NCBI GenBank assembly: GCA_004431415.1
Contig: QPMI01000349.1
Coordinates: forward strand, 1-48,941
Source of the DNA: Cyanophora paradoxa CCMP329
Lineage: Eukaryota; Plantae; Glaucophyta
Length of the DNA: 48,941 bases
Direction of reading: 5' to 3'
The stretch's first letter is position 1. Each line of letters begins with the position of its first letter. A program made the translations under genes and the position numbers. Below are positions 45,395 through 48,941 of this stretch, piece after piece. The notes under the pieces are model-generated. The model did no database searches. It was not told the origin of the DNA and saw nothing but the letters and a program-made list of their open reading frames with translations.

Positions 45395-45853
45395 CTATCG
45401 GTGGCCCGGCGCGGGGTTCTCCTTCAGCGCGCGGATCCGCCTGATCCACTCGATCATGGATCCGTCCGCCCAGCTGGCCCGGCTGTTGAAGCAGTACCTG
45501 CCGCGGAGAGGTCGGTCGGCACGCCCCGATACTTGCGGGCTGAGCGAATTCCACTCACTCGTGTATGTAGTGGTTGCTCGGGAGGTGGACAGCCCCTGAG
45601 CACGATCGCTTAACCATGAACCACCGGACCAGTAACTGGATTAAATCCACCTGCCACTGTAGGATTGGCCCCCCAGATTAGCTTCTGCCTCATATTGCTC
45701 GTCGTACTTAAGCTCGCAAACCGCTGATTGCACAGTGCTGCGCGGCCCGCACGGTCAAGAAGGCCGAGACGTAAGGGAAATCAGGTGGCAGCCATCCGCA
45801 CCGCATCGAGGCATCCTTTCGCCTATGATGGACCTCGTCCCGTTGCTGTCCAT
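45395..45853 (-). CDS. Possible small spliced hypothetical gene
   Basis: Plausible GT-AG introns and last exon YCFNSRASWADGSMIEWIRRIRALKENPAPGHR-stop. Upstream phases unresolved. Confidence 0.25.
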
Positions 45854-46199
45854 CGCTCGCGGGCCGGCGGCGGCGAAAGCCCACAAAGATCCACGCCGAG
45901 CTCTAGCTAGCGCGCAAAAAGATCGGCGCAGGTAGGCTGTATGTAGCTGCGCCAAAGGCAGCTTGTTGCTTGACGTAGAAAGAAAGTCCCAATATGTGCA
46001 GAAAAGGTGCTCCTCCCGAGACTTGATCGGGCATGAGCGCCAGGGCTCGAATCGCCGGCGGAACGTTCCCGCTGATCCCGCCGGACGTTCCTAGCGAGCG
46101 CGGCGCACAGGAATCGCTGGGAAAGAGCGTCATGCGTCAAAGGCATTGATCTGAGCGCATCAGCACGGCCGCAGGCGCTTTTACGGCTCGCTCAGCGCC

Positions 46200-48941
46200 A
46201 TGCGGGTCCTTAACGTCGCCGAGAAGCCCAGCGTGGCGAAAGAGATTAGCAACATACTCTCCGAGGGCCGAGCGCAGCGGGTGCACCGTCCTCCACGCGC
46301 GCACGGCCTGCGCAATTCGAACCTCATCCGCCGCGCGGCACCCGCAGCGCCCTGGCGTGTCGCAGTACAACGCCGTGTTTGAGTTCCCTTTCGACAATGA
46401 CACGTTTTTGGTCACTTCCGTCACCGGGCACCTCATGGGCATCGATTTCGCGGATGAGTACAAAAACTGGCAGGCGCACGACCCGTCGGTTCTCTTCGAC
46501 GCTCCGATCCACAAGTTCGTGCCACAGGTGCATTCTGCCGCATGCTCGCCCCGCGGCGGCGCTTGAGCCCCGCGCAGGACAAGACCGACATCCGGCGGAC
46601 GCTGGAGCGGGAGGCTCCGAGCTGCCAGCGGCTCATCCTGTGGCTCGACTGCGATCGGGAGGGGGAGAACATTGCGTTCGAGGTGATCGATGTGTGCACG
46701 AGGGTGAACCCGCGCCTGCAAATTCTCCGCGCCCACTTCTCGGCCCTCATCCCGCGGTGCGGGCCCTCCGTCGCCGCGCGGGCGCCGGGGCGTGAGGCGG
46801 GGCGGCAGGGAGATCGTGCGGGCGGCGCGGGGGGCGGGCCCGCCGAACCGGCTCTTCGCGGAGGCGGTGGACGCGCGGCAGGAGATCGACCTCCGCCTCG
46901 GGGCCATCTTCACCCGCTTCCAGACCCTCCGCTTCCGCAACCGCTTCCAGGGCCTCGACTCCGTGATCAGCTACGGGCCCTGCCAGTTCCCCACGCTGGG
47001 CTTCGTGGTGGAGCGCTTCTGGCGGCGCGAGGCGTTCGTCCCGCGGCCCTTCTGGAGCATCGTCCTCGAGCACGAGGCGCCCGGCCCTGGCGGGGAGCCG
47101 ACGCGCGCCATCTTCGCCTGGGGCCGCGGCCGCCTCTTCGACCGCGCATCCACCGTCGTCATCTTCGAGGCCCGCCGGCGCCGCCCCCGCCGCCCCGCCG
47201 GGGGGCGACGGGCGCGCAGGAGTGCGTCGAGGAGCGCGTCGCCGAGGTCGTCAGCGTGCAGCGCAGGGAGAAGCGCCGCTGGTGCGCGAGCCGGCCGCGC
47301 GGCGGGGGCCGCTCTGACGGGGGGCAGGCGCCCGCTGCCGCTGGCGACGGTCGAGATGCAGAAGCAGATCTCGCGGCGCCTCCACATCTCCTCCGAGCGC
47401 ACCATGAAGGCCCGCCCCCGACCCTGCCCCCGCCCCCCGCCGGGGGGGCGGCGGCTGACGCGGGGGCAGCTGGCGGAGGACCTCTACATGAAGGGCTACA
47501 TCAGCTACGTGCGCCGCGCCCCGGGGGCCCCCGGCGCGCGCTCACGGGGCGCAGCCGCGCACGGAGACGGACCGCTTCCAGCAGGGCTTCGACCTCCGCG
47601 CCCTTGTGCGGGAGCAGTTCGACGACCCGCGCTGGGGCGCCTACGCGCGGCGCCTGCTCGAGGGCGACCCCGAGGGCTTCCGCTGGCCCCGCGACGGGCC
47701 CCACGACGACCAGGCGCACCCCCCCATCCACCCGACCAAGGCCGGCGCCGGCCTGCACGGCGACGAGGCGACGGTGTACGAGTACATCGTGCGGCACTTC
47801 CTCGGGTGCTGCTCGGAGGACGGGCTGGGGCACGAGACGGCGGTGACGGTGCGCCTCGCCTCGGAGACCTTCTCCGCCTCGGGCCTCGTCATCTCCGCCC
47901 TCAACTACATGGAGGCCCGCCCCCCGCGCCCGCCCCCGCGCCGCCGCCGGGCCGGGGGTGCTGACGGGGCGCAGGTGTACACGTACGACCGCTGGCGGGA
48001 GAGCTCCATCCCGAACCTCGCGGAGGGCGAGCGCTTCGAGGCGAGGGGCCTGCGGGTGCACGAGGGGACGACGACGGCGCCGCCGCTGCTCGCCGAGGCC
48101 GACCTCATCACCGTCATGGACAAGCAGGGCATCGGCGCGCCCCGCCCGCCCCGCCCCCCGCCCCGGGGCGGGCTTGACGCGGGGCAGGGACGGACGCGAC
48201 GATCGCCGAGCACATCGAGACGATCCTGAAGCGGGGGTACGCGGAGAAGGACGGGCGGACGCAGGAGTTCCGCCCGACGGGCCTCGGCCTCGCCCTCGTG
48301 GAGGCCTACGAGACCATCGGCGTCGACCTCGCCCGCCCCTTCCTCCGCGCCGCCGTCCGCGCCCCGCCCCGCCCCGCCCCGCCCCGCACGGCTCCGCCGG
48401 GCCTCACGGGCGGGGCAGATGGAGGGGGACATGGGGCGGATCACGCGGGGGCAGACGACGCGGGAGGAGACGGTGCGCGCCTGCATTGGCGCCTACCGCA
48501 CCGTCTACACCCGCGTCACCGCCCAGGTCGCCCGCATCGAGCAGGCCCGCCCGCCCCGCACCCCCCGCCCCCGTCCCCCCCTCACCGCCCCCGCAGAGCT
48601 TCGCGCGCTACTTCAGCCCCACGAACCACAGCGACTACCGCGGTGCGGCCGCGCGCCGGGCGCCGCGCGGGGCGGCTGGTGCGAGGGTGCGGCAGTGGCG
48701 GAGGCGGTCTTCGCGAAGTGCGGCGCGTGCCGGCGGCCCATGCAGCTCAAGACGAACGGGGAGGAGCGCATCGCGCACTGCGCCCCCTGCGCCACCTCCC
48801 ACAAGCTGCCCCGCCGCGGCGCCCTCGCCCCGCACCCCGCCGACTGCCCCCTCTGCCAGTTCCAGGCCCGCCCGCCCCGCCCGCCCGCCCGCCGGCCGCG
48901 CCCCGGGCGGGGGCGAGGCGGGAGCGGCAGGTGGTGAACGT
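46200..48941 (+). CDS. TOP3A: DNA topoisomerase III alpha (3' end beyond the window)
   Basis: [59 protein letters not shown] (alpha-type), catalytic GYISY|[17 protein letters not shown]|TDAT, and Zn-ribbon cysteines. Confidence 0.96.

Noticed and set aside
1-48941. The many long Pro/Arg/Gly/Ala-rich ORFs in the six-frame track
   Set aside because: They are shadow frames caused by extreme GC content and read-through of stop-free introns. The real genes are spliced.

Overview
Gene-dense, very GC-rich eukaryotic nuclear DNA with many ~50-75 nt introns. It is probably from an alga; Phe-motif transit peptides and a fused GlyQS suggest a glaucophyte such as Cyanophora, but this is inference. The supplied ORF track is mostly shadow ORFs, so genes were spliced by hand. 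Host genes: organellar fused glycyl-tRNA synthetase (GlyQS), a protein with a histone-H1-like tail, a CBM20-EEP phosphoesterase fusion, a FIST protein plus a duplicated 3' half, TRAPPC2 with a U12 AT-AC intron, a cNMP-binding protein, proteasome alpha7 with a candidate intronic C/D snoRNA, a large CUB-domain membrane protein, an EF-hand protein and TOP3A. Three lower-GC accessory islands (about 5.1-10.7, 17.4-18.6 and 26.5-35.4 kb) hold the most unusual material. (1) A nested set of protein-coding retroposons with no visible reverse transcriptase, 12-16 bp TSDs, (CT)n/(CTT)n tails and a shared 3' motif GGGCGTGTCTT. (2) Helentron/Helitron2-like elements, one carrying a Zn-finger/OB-fold-like/SIM gene. 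(3) A decayed PD-(D/E)xK nuclease gene. (4) Palindrome-saturated DNA; duplicate pairs show a recurrent mutation X -> X-revcomp(X)-X that would generate it.
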